Source: Eledone cirrhosa
Lineage: Eukaryota
Assembly (NCBI GenBank): GCA_964016885.1
Contig: OZ024742.1
Coordinates: 68,324,001 to 68,388,000, forward strand
Length of the DNA: 64,000 nucleotides
Direction of reading: 5' to 3'
The notes below the pieces were generated by a model. The model worked only from the letters and a program-made list of their open reading frames with translations, was not told the DNA's origin and did no database searches. Position 1 is the stretch's first letter. Each line of letters starts with the position of its first letter. Made by a program: the position numbers and the translations under genes. Below, piece after piece: positions 41,440 through 57,333 of this stretch.

Positions 41440-41913
41440 TTTGAATAATTCGGTTTTCCTGCCAACCCTAACCTATGGTCATGAATCTTGGGTTGTGACC
41501 AAAAGAATACGATCGCGAGTACAAGCGGCCGAAATGAGATTCCACCGAAGAGTCTTTGGAGTAACGTTACTCGATAAAGTGTGTAGCACGGAGATCAGAG
41601 AGTCATTCCAAGTAGAGCCGCTACTTCTCCTAATTGAGAGATTACAGCTCTGATACTATAGACATATGGTTAGAATGTCTCAGGAAAGAATCGCTGGGCA
41701 CATTTTACGGGTAAAACCGACCGGTAGGAGACCCAGGGGTAGACCCAAAGCAAGATGGTTGGATAACATCCATGAGCTTGGCTGGCCACGCTTGGGGATC
41801 CAGCCGGATCAGTTGGAGACGGTTGCTTCTGATAGGACCCGCTGGAAGGAGTATTTGACGACTCTGCTCCCACGACCCTCTCAGGAATAAGTGGGCGAAG
41901 AAGAAAGAAGAAA
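41440..41913 (+). mobile_element. RTE-clade LINE 3' fragment
   Basis: SVFLPTLTYGHESW..AAEMRF..GRRPRGRPKARWLD..DRTRW; GAA-type tail. Confidence 0.88.
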
Positions 41914-42691
41914 GTAACGTTCATTACCATATTTCTAATGAAATACACTGCCAGTGTGTTTTAATCATTCTAGTGAAAATTGAGATTTTTTTTAAGAATT
42001 TAGTAAAATAACTATTTCATCAGTACACTGGTGTTTGGAATATAACATAATAAAACTGTCTTATGTAAATTTATTATGGAAGGTTTTAATAAAAGTATGA
42101 ATACTCTAAGACGGGAATTTTTATATCTTAGAACAGAAGCGGTTTCACGCGGTTTGGTATCAAGTGTTAAAAGAAGCCATTGTCTAATTGGTGGCGTTAA
42201 CCGTTCGACAGATAAAGCCTACAACGCAACGACTACGATTGAATACCTCCAATCCACCACCTGACTGGTACTTTATTTTGTCGACCATGAATGGGAAAAA
42301 GCTCAAATTGACCGCAGTAGTTTAGTAATAATCGAATGTATTGGTCCATTATTTGCATGTCTATGTAAGTAATGTTTAACTATAAACTCTTTGATAATAT
42401 CCACAACGAGTATAATATATACTTATATTCACGTGAGAGCGTCAGATATACATATATGTAATACCCAGAAGATTCAAGCGTATATACTTCTATAAATATT
42501 AATTTGTTCTATAGACAAAAGTGTTCTACTCGCATAAATATTGCAATACTCATAGATACGCTTATTTAAATGAAGATTTAAAAAATATCTCTCTCATATA
42601 TATATAAATATAAATAAAATTAGAATGTTACTTCTCTCCCTAGTACAGCTGATACATAAATGTAAGTATGCACAGGTACACACACACGCAT

Positions 42692-42812
<121 letters not shown>

Positions 42813-42817
42813 TATAC

Positions 42818-43600
<783 letters not shown>

Positions 43601-45751
43601 ATTTATGTGATTGGGTTATGGCGAAGGATGAGTCAAACGACAATAAGGAAGTAGACAAGAGAACGATAGTGACAGAAGCAAGGAGAGTGTGGAATATAGG
43701 GAAACAAAGAGAGAAAGAGCGGGAGGACAGGAGACAAAGAGAGAATAAAGGAGAGATGGGTCATGCGAGTAAAATCATAGCAGTATGTATGTATGTATAT
43801 ATGTATGTATATGTGTGTATGTATGTATATATGTATATACGTATGTACGTATATATGTAATTTTCTCCCTCTCTTTCTCTCTCTCTGTCATATACATATA
43901 TATATAAGTGAGAGAGAGAGAAAATTACATACATGCGTACATACATATATACAATTATACATACATACATATACACACATACATACATGCATACATACAT
44001 ACCTACACATACATACATACATACATACATACATACATACATACATACATACATACATACATACATACATACATACATACATACATACACAGACACATAC
44101 ATACATTTATACATACACACATGAATATTGATACACAAATAATGGAAATTCGTCCTATTGTTAAACATTTCTTCCACAATGTTTTGTATGCTCTAAGGTT
44201 CAGTTGTTACCGTTTCTTTACGCTAGATTTATTGAAGTCTATCTCCTGTAATGTCTATTAAATTTGAATGAATTCTATACAGATTTACAGCCTCTTCACT
44301 AAATCTCCATTTTTGTTAAACATCGGCGCACATTTATTAATATTTTACGCTCCAAACATTATTTTAGTCGTTCAGAAAAACGTAGGAAGCCATATTGATT
44401 TTTATTCTGTTCTTATGATTTTCACTTTCATGTCACGTTTATTTTCGTGATTTTTTATGAGCTTAAGCATTTTATATATGTTTTATTTATCCATTATAAT
44501 AATATTATATATAATACACGATCTATTCAATTCGAAATTTAAAGAAAACAACTATATATTATCTGTGTGATATCACAACGTTTTTAGAAATTATCTTTCA
44601 ACCAGCAGGCTATTTGATAATAACATTTTCTTTTATTTTTATTTCCTATATACAATTTTCTAATAATATTAAACAGCACCTGTTTCACCATGTTTCTCTG
44701 TGTGTGAGCCATAAATCACTTCAACGGGAAATAATTATTTGATTGTTTTTCTCATATTTTTGGTCGTATATATTGAAAACCAACAACTGATGTTATTATA
44801 CGTGATTGCATTTTCCTTCCAATACTTTAATAGTTTCTCTTCAAAATATGAAGTTTAAATTTAGTTAAAGAAGGTCAGGAGGTATTTAGGCACATTATTG
44901 CTAGAACTCTAAATGAAACTGAAGAACTAATTTGTGTGATAAATATACCACCAGGGATGTGTGTCATTCTATTTGAAACTCACTTATACAATATCCTTCT
45001 CATTCTAGTTTAGTAACTCTTTTATTTCGTTTTACAGAATACACGACAACAAAATTTAAAGTATGAAAAATATTTAACGTTCAAGGCCAGCTAAAATATT
45101 TTCCATCGTTAAATATGATGGCCAGTGTAATAAGTAATACTGTGGTATACTTGATTATATAGATGAAGATATGGATCTCAATGCCTCTAACGAATATACC
45201 AGTAAAGTGTCAATATTTCTTAATATAGAGGGCCTATAGATGCTAATTACTATTATTCATTTATGGTATGGTACGAATTTCTCGTTTAAGTACTAGGGTC
45301 AATCGCGGTTTATAGCTCACACATCTATATGTATATATATATATATATAATTTTAAAGTTTGTATACATATAAACTAGACAGAGCTATATATATATGTGT
45401 GTGTGTTTTTGGCAACCATTTACGGTGTGTCTCAATGACGAATTAATTAAATAATTAACAATCAGAGCAATATATAAAAAAGTAAGTCCATAGAATCATT
45501 AGATAAAATATATATACAGTATTTCTTCTCCCAATCAGCATGTATATAAACTTTTAAATTTTATATACTCCCGTAAGGTTGAGTAAAATTTTAGGCAGTA
45601 TTCGGCTGCGCTTTCTAGCAACCAGCCTACTCGCCGACAGGCACCAATCACAAGCTTTCTGACTTGACCACTGGCCACATGACAATTCTTAGCCATTTTG
45701 AATTCGTTTCTGGCGGGGATCATTTAAGAAAAATCTTTGTCCAATTGAGTT

Positions 45752-45836
45752 TATCTCCTGATGATTTCCAAACTCGTTGATTTATCCAAGATCGGATATA
45801 TCCAAAAGGTGAGTGAAACCTCAGGGGGTAGAGATA
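45752..45836 (+). ncRNA. Type I hammerhead ribozyme
   Basis: tatctc-CTGATGA-t-ttc...gag-t-GAAA-cct-cagg-ggg-TA-gagata; perfect 6-bp stem I. Confidence 0.75.
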
Positions 45837-46124
45837 GATTTTGATTATTTTGGTATGTTTATGTACATTTTTCCTTCTAACTTTGATTTTGTACCTAATT
45901 ATGTATGGTTAACTATATATCTAGTCAATTTCTACCGGCTATCAGAAATACTAGGTAAAATTTCTATCATTTATTTAGCTATTATTTCTTCATAAGTATA
46001 TTTTAAACTTATAGCCTCGTTTAAATGATTTTTTTGTGTGGTTGACTATGCGGATTGGGAGAAGAAATACTGTATATATATTTTATCTAATGATTCTATG
46101 AGCTTACTTTTATTTATATATATA

Positions 46125-46164
<40 letters not shown>

Positions 46165-46175
46165 AACACCGCAGC

Positions 46176-46226
<51 letters not shown>

Positions 46227-46941
46227 GTGTGTGTGTGTGTATAGCTGCGGTTTAAAGGATGGTAATTAGCTGTGATTGAAACCAATGTTATTGAGATTCG
46301 ATTTTAGAGTTGGTAAATAACTGCGGTTTCAAGGATGATTTTGAGGCTTAGTTCAAGAACTGATTTCCAACTCTGGTTTCATGTCATAAAACTAGTGTGA
46401 GATAAATCGCACTGCACCTAGGATGTTGATCTATCTCGTGTGAACTGGTCTATTTTCTTCACTACAGCTAGGTGAACTTGCGCAATGTACAATGAAGTAT
46501 TCTACTCCAAAACATATCGAATCTGTTGCATTCCAGTTAGAAATCTTAAACTTTCCCAGCTCTAAACATCTCATCACATCCTTATCTAGTATTGAACATA
46601 TATCTGCACAATAGTAAACTACACATAAACTTTTAAATGCCGTGGGGGTTAGTCGTGATAAAACGCGGGGGTGGAAAGAAATAGCTTTAGAGCAAATTAG
46701 ACTGTCTTGAGTGTTAGATTCATTATTACTTGATATAATACTACTATATGTCAACAAGTAATACCTAAAGTATCCTTCTACACTCTCGTTATACCTGATC
46801 TGATAATCCATGTTTATACCTTTTGGTATACATAGTAAACTGTAGAAAGGTGTAAGTACTATGTAACAGAGTACAGTGTATAGATATACTATATAAATTA
46901 GGAAATGTAATACTGTTTATTAAATTGCATACTATAATGTG

Positions 46942-46986
<45 letters not shown>

Positions 46987-47464
46987 GCATTTAACTGAGT
47001 TAATTTCGGGTAATGGAGTGAACAGTAGAGTAATGAATACGGCAGAATAGACGCGTTTGCATCTTGTTAGACTATAAAGATGTAGAATATGAAATATGGC
47101 GTACAACGTTGATTTCTCAATATAATGTTAGAGTAATTATGATTCAAGAAACGTTTGTTATGATGATAATAAGTGAGAATTGATGATGGAAGGAGATGAA
47201 TCAAAATCATACGACATATAGTAATAGATTTATGGTGTTTGTTCTGCTTCATTAGAATTATTCATAAGAAACTAACAAACCAATATGGAGTTTACAAAAG
47301 CACAGTTATTAACCCATTTTCACATACGCACACACACATATATATCTGTGTGTGTGTGTGTGTGTATGTGTGTGTGTCTGTCTGACTCTCTGTCTGTCTG
47401 ACTGTCTGTCTGTCTGTCTGTGTCTGTGTGTCTGTGTCTGTGTGTAAAACTCTCACACACACAA

Positions 47465-47572
<108 letters not shown>

Positions 47573-47585
47573 GGGGAAGCTAGAT

Positions 47586-47655
<70 letters not shown>

Positions 47656-47989
47656 ACACTACCATAACGAAACACATCACACTCAATTCCACACACACAC
47701 ACACACATACATAATCACACAGAGACAAGATGGTACAATGACAGAGTAATACAAAGCTTTCCCAACATATATAAAGTGAAGATATAGAAACATTCTTCTA
47801 AGTTTTCTGTTGCATAATATGAAAACTAGATTCAAAATCTAACACCTCGAAGTAACTTTTACGTTCTAGGTTCAAATATTGTGAGTGTCGTCTTTCTCTT
47901 ATACTTTCGATAGCGATAATATATATTGTAAACACTCTAATACAATTGTAGGTTTAGGTTTCATTGGATGTATCGGATGTACCGATGAA

Positions 47990-48021
<32 letters not shown>

Positions 48022-48449
48022 GTGTTATTTCTTCAACTATATATATATTGTGAAGGCGTATGGCTGAGTGGTTAGATTTCGTGAGCTTGCGATTTCGTTT
48101 CTCCCGGAGCAGGCGATGTGTTATGTCTTTATTTCACGTTTCTCCTTCTGCCTGGATTTGCGACCGACTGATAGTATTAGCAATTCGAAACGTTATTTCC
48201 TTGCTCCGATCTACTCGTTAGGCGAATGAAGTCTGGGATCTTGTCTTATATTTCTATCTTTCTACATATATTGTTGAAAAAATAAGGATCACGCTTGTAT
48301 AGAGGGCGTAGTATAGGAGATAGATTATAGATAAGGAAGTTATTGAAATAGTAGATTTGGTGTCAGTCTTCCTTGTCATAGAAATGGGTCAGTCAAAGGA
48401 GATAAATTCATAGGAAAGTGGAAATAAAGTTATAGGCTCAAATCATAGG

Positions 48450-49130
48450 TTAGCTAGGACTATATCTAGAGAAAATGTTTAGATATGTATGCTTACAATT
48501 GAATATCCTATCCGGTCTAGAGTTTAGTAAATTTTTCCAAGTCGTTATTTCCAACACTTCTGTCGCACAAAGATCGCAATCCTTCTTTTCACGTCGATAG
48601 GGGTGGGTGATGCGTAGAATCGACCACGACAGCTTGTACCTCACTTTTTATGCTTTAGGTTCCACATTTAATTTTAGCCAACGCGTTGGATTCGCGAAGT
48701 TAGATTCTTAAAAGGCTTGGTGTGCTCATACCATCTTGTCTTTAAAAGTCAGATGTGGCCCCCACATATTTGAATATCCTGTGGCCTGTTGTAACTTTGC
48801 ACTGATACAGACAGAATAGTACCTTGAGTTGAAGTTTGAGTATTATTGTGTTTGCAGAGGCGTTTATTCTTTAATCCTGCTATGAGTAGACTATGAGAGT
48901 CTGGCTACTTTTCTATTTAAGATTTTCTGGTACCTATTTGTAGTACCGAATAGTTTCAAGAAGGTATAGGGTAAATTAGTCTTAAATAAGCTATTATGTG
49001 GAGGATTATACCATAGGAATGATCTATTTCGGGATCTTCTGGCTGTTTTTCCGACTTGTTTATGTTCAACTGACACTCCCATTTCCTAAAATGGTCCTCT
49101 TCGAACTGTAGAATAAGCCCCTCACAGCCA
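48450..49130 (-). mobile_element. Decayed PLE fragment (RT-GIY-YIG linker and endonuclease)
   Basis: RRSRNRSFLWYNPPHN, CDLCATEVLEI, LLNSRPDRIFNCKH. Confidence 0.85.
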
Positions 49131-49275
49131 ATGGCATTTCTTACACCAGCAGTTGCATCATAAATCGAAGCCCATTGGGTACTATCCAATTTACTTCCTC
49201 CTCCTTTCCTTCTACACAAATACAACTAAAAAATAGTTATTATTTCATCATTTCATTATTATTCTCTGAATACAA

Positions 49276-49468
49276 AGGCGGTGGATTGGCAGTATCGGTA
49301 GAGGGTCGGACGCCATGCTTTCCAGCATAGTTACGTCCCTTTATGATCTGAGTTCAAATCCCGCCGAGGTTGACTTTGCCTTTCATCCTTACGGGGTCGA
49401 TAAAATAAAGTACCAGTAATGCACTGGGTAATTGCTGGCCTTGTGCCAAAAGTAGAAACAATTATTAT
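49276..49468 (+). mobile_element. Full-length SINE S1 with target-site duplication
   Basis: A/B boxes and core; attattattctctgaat on both sides (49255-49271 and about 49461-49477). Confidence 0.92.
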
Positions 49469-51000
49469 TCTCTGAATGATGAAATAATAAGTATTTTTTA
49501 AAAATGTTATTAATCATCTACGTGAGCTTGATAGGCATACTTTTTTCTATTCACTTACTCGCAATTTATTTATTTCACTCGGTGATGAAACACGTGTTAC
49601 ATTATTTAATCAAATAAATCCCTCTTCAAATTTCTCCTCACTCCTAGCCTGTTTTTACTAATATAATAATTTATGGAATATTTAACATACTGGAACATTA
49701 TATCACAGGACTTCATTAATCCCGTTGAGAAAAATATTTGGTAAGGTGTTCTTTCACTGTTCATTCCACAAATACGATTCTACCAAAATAAAGTAAAAAC
49801 TTCCTTATCTTCTCATATATGTGTGTGTTTTTTATGTAAATATAAGCATAGTAACAGTCAAACATTAGTAGGAATGCGCACTCAATTCATGAACAAAGTA
49901 TAAAATTTATTTTCAAACAAAAACGTCAGTGTCTTCGAATTTGCGGCTTTAGTGAGTTAAAGAGTGAGAGATATATGTATATATAATTCCAATCGATGAT
50001 TACATATTGAATACCGTAGGCAAAAAGATTAACCACTTGTGATTGGCATGATTCAAGAAGGTAAACTGAGGAGAATAACTAACGTGGGTGTCAATAGCCT
50101 GCATTTGATGTACTGAAACATATACGTAAAAATGTTCTTAATGAATTGAAATTTGCCTATTAGCTGAGGAAAATAAACAAAAATTTAGCACCACTTTTAG
50201 CAACTCTCAAAGTAAAAGGGAGATAATATCAAGAAATTAAGTATTAATTTCAGGCATAATCTTATTTTCAGGTATAGGAAGAAAGAAATTCAATCTTTGT
50301 GGCAGGCAACGTGACAGTTAATGACATGTCTTATTAGACCTAATCAACAAACCATTGTCATCTGAGGTCTGCTAGATCAGTGAACATATATTTTAACAAC
50401 TATATGTTTATGCGTGTTTTAATATATATATATGTGTGTGAGAGGGACAGTCTATATGTATGTATATAAATATATATATGAGCATATACGTGTGTATATG
50501 TGTTTATAGGAATTTGCCATATATATAACCCAGCATAGAAATACACATATATGTATATGTCTGAATATGTGTGTGTCTGTATTTTTAAAGTGGTATACTT
50601 TTATTAAATCATTGATTTATTACTAAGTGGCAGATTTCTCTGAAATTATAATTATAAACTAAAGAACAAAAACTGCTTCATAATTTATTGAAGAAGCTGG
50701 AAATCGAATGTTATTACAGTTCTCAAAACTGTAATTATGGAAGTGAATAGTTAGAAAGATGATAAAGACGAGAGCGAGAAGGCTGCATTATTTGTACACC
50801 AGCTTTTCCTAATTGCATACAAAATTCTTCACGTAATCATCCGTTTGCTGATTGAAATAAAACGAAACTTTACAGAGAAAATTATAATTTCAGGCACCTT
50901 TCCAGTGATTATATATGCTGGCTGAATTGAAAGTCGGTGGTGGATGAAATCTAACGGCTGCTGTTTTACATTCTCTCTCTCACCCCTCTCTCCCCCTCTC

Positions 51001-51117
<117 letters not shown>

Positions 51118-51199
51118 GTTGTGTGTGTGTATACTTACATATACACAATAAATATATGTGTGTGTGTGTGTGTGTTTATATGTGTACATGTGAGTATGT

Positions 51200-51780
51200 G
51201 TGCCTGTGTGTGTAGGCGTAGATAGAGTGGTTACATGGTGCGCGTGGATGATAGCCGGCTTCCCAAAAAGATGTTGTATGGATAGCTGGCCAATGGAAAG
51301 TGACCACCTCATAAGCACAGGAAGTTATATAAGAACTGTCAACAAATGCCACATATACGAGCTAACATCAATACTGAAACATGGGAAACTGAAGCCTTTG
51401 TCAGAAGTAAATGGAGAAAGATGGCCTATCAAGGAAAAATTGGTTACGAGACATCTCGGGTAAAACATTTAAAATGGGTGTCAGAAAGAGTCTTGCTGTG
51501 ATTTACCACAAACAATTCTTGATGTCCATTGTTTAACATGCGAAATCCGAAACAGATTCTGCTTCAACAAGGTTGGTAACAAAAGTTGTGTTGACAGTCA
51601 TAAATACAGAGCTCCTACCGAATACCAAATTCCCATGGCTGGAAATACAGCATACATATGCAAAATTTGTGACAAAATATGCAAGTCTGCTGACGGCCTA
51701 AAAAGGCATATCAAATTACATAATGAATCTCATGAAGCCAATAATGTTATATCGAGAACGTTGTACACCAAGTAGTCAGT
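51200..51780 (+). mobile_element. RTE-clade LINE 3' fragment with C2H2 finger
   Basis: RWLHGARMDDSRLPKKMLYG; CKICDKICKSADGLKRHIKLH near 51660-51720. Confidence 0.7.
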
Positions 51781-51829
51781 CCAGTTAGTTATATATATAT
51801 ATATAAAAGGTCTATATTAGTAGCACGAC

Positions 51830-52290
51830 ATAGTCCGTTCTTTATATCAGTCGATTCAGCTTGTTATTGTGTCGTTTCTCCCTTCTACTTTTGTTATCCT
51901 GCTTCTTTTGATTTTCAATATCGATGCTTAATTCATGGATTAGCTTCCGCCATATTGGTCTGTCATCAACATAATGCCTCCAGCAGTAAAGAATGTTACC
52001 TTTTCTCAAAATATCCTTGGTCGTGTCCTTATACTTCAAGAGAGGGCGTCTTACATGTCGAACACCATCCTCAAGCTCACTAAAAAGCGGTTTCGCTATA
52101 GGTCTACATCATCCATGCGGACGATATGGCCAACCCATCTGAGTCTATTCCTTATGAGAATAGTTTCAATGTCTGGAGTATTTGCATCTTTCAGTACCTC
52201 ATCGTTTGTGACAAAGTGATCCTGATGTTGAAAATAAACCCAAGGTGTCGTTGCTCAACTGTTCTTAACGGTCTTATGTGGTAACGATGG
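51830..52290 (-). mobile_element. RTE-clade LINE 3' fragment
   Basis: IETILIRNRLRWVGHIVRMDD; KYKDTTKDIL; VDDRPIWRKLI. Confidence 0.8.
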
Positions 52291-52719
52291 ATAGTCCACG
52301 TCTCTCTGCCATACAACAAGAGGAGTCAGCTTTTGTTGTGTCTCGTCATATTGCAGTGTTTTTGTGTTCTTATTCGCGCCAGCCACCAACTTGCTACTTT
52401 TCTCAGACCCGCGAATACAAGGCCTTTTTAGAGGTGGCCTTTTCTCACCTCATTGTAGCTACATCACTAGGGTTTTGAGAGACTTCTTGGCAGCTAACAG
52501 TGTCACCTATTTGTTCACTTCCCCTCATAGTTACCGCTGTTGGTCCCAGGTTGCTTATCCGTCAGGCAGTATCCCGCTTATATCGCAACTAGCCATCGTA
52601 TTTACGTGTATGTGTAATATAGGTGTATATTAAATATGTAATATATATAAATTTAAGTCTCGTTATGGATGTTTTCAGCTGCGACCGCGTCACATCTATC
52701 TCAGTCGCTGCTTGAAGAG

Positions 52720-52763
52720 GCCATACACTTGTGTTTCAAGATTCTTAACCCATCATCAGAGAC
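52720..52763 (-). ncRNA. Candidate minimal hammerhead ribozyme
   Basis: Minus: gtct-CTGATGA-t-gggtt-aag-aatct-t-GAAA-cac-aa-gtg-TA-tggc; stem I imperfect. Confidence 0.6.
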
Positions 52764-53096
52764 GTTTCCTTGGTACTGAAAGAAGAAAAATCGATAGCTT
52801 ATATACGTTTTAGGTATAAAACATCGATAGTAGAAATTTTATCTTCATTTAGTGCTTTCCTTGACTTTACTGGGATTAGTTAGAAGTAGACCTAACATAG
52901 CCTGATATATAATAGAAGTCATATACGATATTTTGAAGGTATAATCGACATATATAAATGTCGCTATGAATGCTCTAACTTGTGATCACTTCCAAGCTAT
53001 TTAAGTAGCCATGTGAGAACACCAGACACATACATAGACGAACACACACACATTTAATATGTGTGGGGGGGTGCAGGTGTGTGTGTGTGTGTGTAT

Positions 53097-53222
<126 letters not shown>

Positions 53223-53499
53223 TAAATTTGACCAAAAGCTTCCGATCGTGATTTTCCGGTCTGTTTGTATATTATAGACTTTATTGTCCACTGTTTCCTC
53301 GTTAAGACAGCAAGTTGTCATTTGTGTGCAGTTTTTATATTATTTCTAATAGAATAAATGATTGCATAGAGGCCATTTCATTACTTCAGCCGTAAAAATG
53401 TAAATTAATGTTGTGCTGATCAGAATTCGAACACCATATACAACGACCACTAAGTGCAGCGTTGTTTGTTTCAAATGTTATTGAGTGGTTGCAGAAAGT

Positions 53500-53783
53500 A
53501 GAGTAACGTGGCCAAATGGTAAAGGTGTTGGACTTACGATCATAATGTCGTGGGTTCGATTCCTGGTCTGGGTTGCGTGCTGTGTTCTTGAGCAAAACAC
53601 TCCATTCCACGTTGCTCCAGTACACTCAGCTGAAAATGAGTACCAGCAATAGCTGGAGGTTTAACCCTGCGATGGACTGGGGTCTTGTCCAGGGGGAGTC
53701 TTGTACTTTCAGTCGATTCATGCCGTGAAACCGGGATAAGCACCGGCCTTACGAGTTTTCTGGCATAAGACAGACTTTAGACT
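53500..53783 (+). mobile_element. tRNA-derived SINE family S2
   Basis: A-box tggccaaatgg, B-box ggttcgattcc, conserved-core-like gtgttcttgagcaaaacact...ctcagctgaaaatgagtacc. Confidence 0.85.
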
Positions 53784-54274
53784 GCAGAAAACTCCTATGA
53801 AATGTGAGTTTTGGCGTGAGCCATACAAAGAGAGTATATAAATCTATTAAAGTACTAGTCTTTCTACAATTATATCTTTCATCGCTGAGGCTGCATTAAA
53901 ACTCAGACTTCGGGCCTCACTCTTCTGAATTCGTGGTTTCTAAGATATTTGTAAGCTTCTTTTTCATCAACAACGATTCCAAGAGCTTTCTTGGAGATTC
54001 TGTAGAATTGCCTATGCATACTCACGCACATATACACATTCTCACCCATCTCTCTCTCTATATATATATATGTGTGTGTGTGTATGTGTACGTGTGTGTT
54101 TGTGTGTGTGTGTGTGTGTGTATGTGTGTGTGTGTGTGCGAGTGTGTGTGGGCTCGCGCCTATGGTAATTCTTATGTGTATGAACTCTATATATGTTTGT
54201 TACTGTTACCTTTTGCAATATTCATGCATCATTACACGTGAAACCAACAATAGGGTACACACGTACACACACTA

Positions 54275-54352
<78 letters not shown>

Positions 54353-54457
54353 ATACACGTATATTTATACACATATACACGTATATATATCCACGTAACA
54401 CGTATATATAAATTTATGTATTTTTAAGTTGTGTGAAATCGTTTAAAGATTTATATA

Positions 54458-54537
54458 CCATCTGACGAGCTCATGTCGGTGGTATGGGTACGAAGAAAAA
54501 TATCTAGTCATCTACCTCGGCGAAATATGTATCATGG
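54458..54537 (+). ncRNA. Type I hammerhead ribozyme
   Basis: ccat-CTGACGA-gc...gc-GAAA-tatgta-TC-atgg, just downstream of a TA-rich tract. Confidence 0.7.
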
Positions 54538-56227
54538 AGATGAAAATATAGCTGAATACAACATATGGCGTTCGATCTATTTAATACTCTATAATGCTCC
54601 GGCTTATACCATTTATACATGTCCTTGGGTGCTTCATTTTACCGATTTCGAGTAATGCCATCGCTTGGTACCTAAGCATGAGGATTACGGATGTGGTTTT
54701 TACAGTCCAGCTAGGGACTTGCCTATGACCATCAGTACCACACATCACAAAAAATATCACATATCCAGCGATGACTGTGCTTGAAGGTTTTTTTAAGTGA
54801 AGATAGGCTTTGCCCGGAGCCATTCCCACCCTCTGAACATCAAATGCATTTACCCAAAAAGAAGAACTGATCGACATCATAGTATGTATGCATGTATGTA
54901 TGTACATGTGTGCGAGCCCTATTGCTGCTCTCGTGTATCATGACACATGAATATTACAAAAAGAATTTCCATTGGCGCATATACACGTGCACACGCACAG
55001 ACTCATGCACACATAGATGCACATACACTCACATAAATACACACATGCGTATACAAAAACAGACAACTCCATGCAAATACCACACAACCACTATACTAAC
55101 ACCGTTTTACTGAAAGATATCGGCCAGACACCACCACGCCGCTAAATCAGATTATATACAGGAAACCTTTTATCCTAGTATGATAAGCTAATATTCAATA
55201 CACGACGTCTCTATCTTAAATCTCTTCATTTTGTGATACTTCTAATAAAGGCGCCATCTGGCGGAAGAGATAGTGTTTACACCTAAGGGAGACCACAATT
55301 TACATTTTTTGTTTCTTTTATTACTTTTATCACTGATCTGTTATCATCATTGATTATTTTATTTAATGCTGTGTAACAATATGTAAATACCGCTACAGAA
55401 CAATATACATAAATAAAATAAATAAAAATTTAGACAAAAACTTGGGTTTTATCTGTGATGTTTAGAGACGGCATTGTGAGGAGATTACGATTGTAAGTTC
55501 GAGAAGATTGAAGTGACTCATGGGGAATTTTATTTTATGTTTGTAAATCTGGTTGTGTGAGTTGGACGACATATTAGAATGATAGTCAATTATACTCATA
55601 TTACTGGCTCATGCCTGGTATTTAGTGCTCATCTTCCAATAACATTTTTATGTCAGATCTTTCGCTCCTTTTTTTTTTTTTTGTTTAATGCTACATCATG
55701 TCTGATATTCGGCAAATATGCGATGAACAGCTATGACGTATATGCATGTATGCGTTTGTGTATGTATGTATTTCATTATCGTTCATCAACATATTTTTTC
55801 ATACACAGAACATCGTTAGCAAAGCATTATAATAAATGCTTTCCCAGAAATAGAGGTGGGGTGGGCCCGGCTTCTCTTTTGCTCCACCCAGGTGTAAGTA
55901 TGTTCGAAGGATAACAAAATATAGGTGTAGTTGTAAATAGATGCTGAGTGGAAACTTGTTCCAGTGAGTAGTGGTTCACTTCTCGATAAGTAAATATATA
56001 TACCGAGGTTAAACAATGAAAGGAATAAGGAACGTGAGGTAAGATTGAAAGAATATGCCTTGCTTTTTGCAAAGGCTACACAGCGCATATTAACTGTAAT
56101 ATAGTTGAATAAAATCGGGGACATAACTCATTAGACGACAAAGTTTGAACAGAATTGCCTGCGAGTAAGGAAACTACGCCACTTACGGATGCCGAAAAGC
56201 CTTGTTACAACGGTGTTTACATCGGTG

Positions 56228-56560
56228 GGGGCGCAGACATGGTTGAGTGCTTAAGAAGTTCACTTCGCAATAATGAGAACTCGGGTTCGATTTCACTTAG
56301 TGGTAATTTGGGCAAGTGTCTTTGCTATGACATCGTGTCGATTCAAGCGAAATTAGGTAGACTGAGTCTGTATGGGAGCTTGTTAGATACATTGTACATG
56401 TAATTCAATGATCCAGCCTTGTCACATTGTGGCACGCTGATTTGGCTTGAGGGTACACGTGCCTGTGGAATATTGAAACAATTACACGTTAATTTATGAA
56501 TTGGACATTTAGTCCATTGACGAACTGAATGCGCATCGTCGAAACCGACGGAGGATTCAT
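56228..56560 (+). mobile_element. Diverged tRNA/CORE-like SINE
   Basis: A-box tggttgagtgc, B-box ggttcgattt, ttgggcaagtgtct core-like motif. Confidence 0.6.
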
Positions 56561-56639
56561 CATTTAATTTGTGGCATAAAGTTTCTGTGGAGATTCAGTT
56601 CTCTATCTGTAAATATGAACTTGTGTAAGAACCTGTGTG

Positions 56640-56706
<67 letters not shown>

Positions 56707-56859
56707 ACGTGTATGTGTGTGTATATACGCTTGTTTTATAGATGTTTGTCCTCGGGTAAGTTAAACCTGCACTGAATAAAGGATTCAATACTGATTGTAG
56801 GGTCAAAATACCATTTATTGTTAGCAAATTACTTTCTGTTTATTACTTATTTTTATATG

Positions 56860-57333
56860 AGGATGGTAGATTGACAGTATCGTTAGAGTGTCGGATACGA
56901 TACTTCGCAGCATTTAGTTATGCTAAAAAGTAGGAACAATTATTCGTTTGATTGGCAGAACCGGTAGAGCGTCTAACAACATGCTTTGAGGCATATAATT
57001 ACGGCCCTTTACGCCTTGAATTCAAATCAAACCGAGGTTAGTTTTGCCTTTCAATAAAATAAAGTACCAGTAACGCACTGGAGTCGATTTAATCGACACT
57101 CCCCTCCCCCAAAATTGTTGGTCTTGTGTTTAAATCAGAAATCATTTCTATTGGCAGTATCGGTAGAGGGTAGGACGCCATGCTTTCTAGCATAGTTACG
57201 TCCCTTTACGATCTGAGTTCAAATCCCGCCGAGGTTGACTTTGCCTTTCAACCTTACGGGGTCGATAAAATAAAGTACCAGTAATTCACTGGGTAATTGC
57301 TGGCCTCGTGCCTAAAGTAGAAACAATTATTAT
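56860..57333 (+). mobile_element. Cluster of tandem SINE S1 copies
   Basis: Three heads (about 56860, 56950, 57150); the last copy is nearly identical to 49276-49468. Confidence 0.85.
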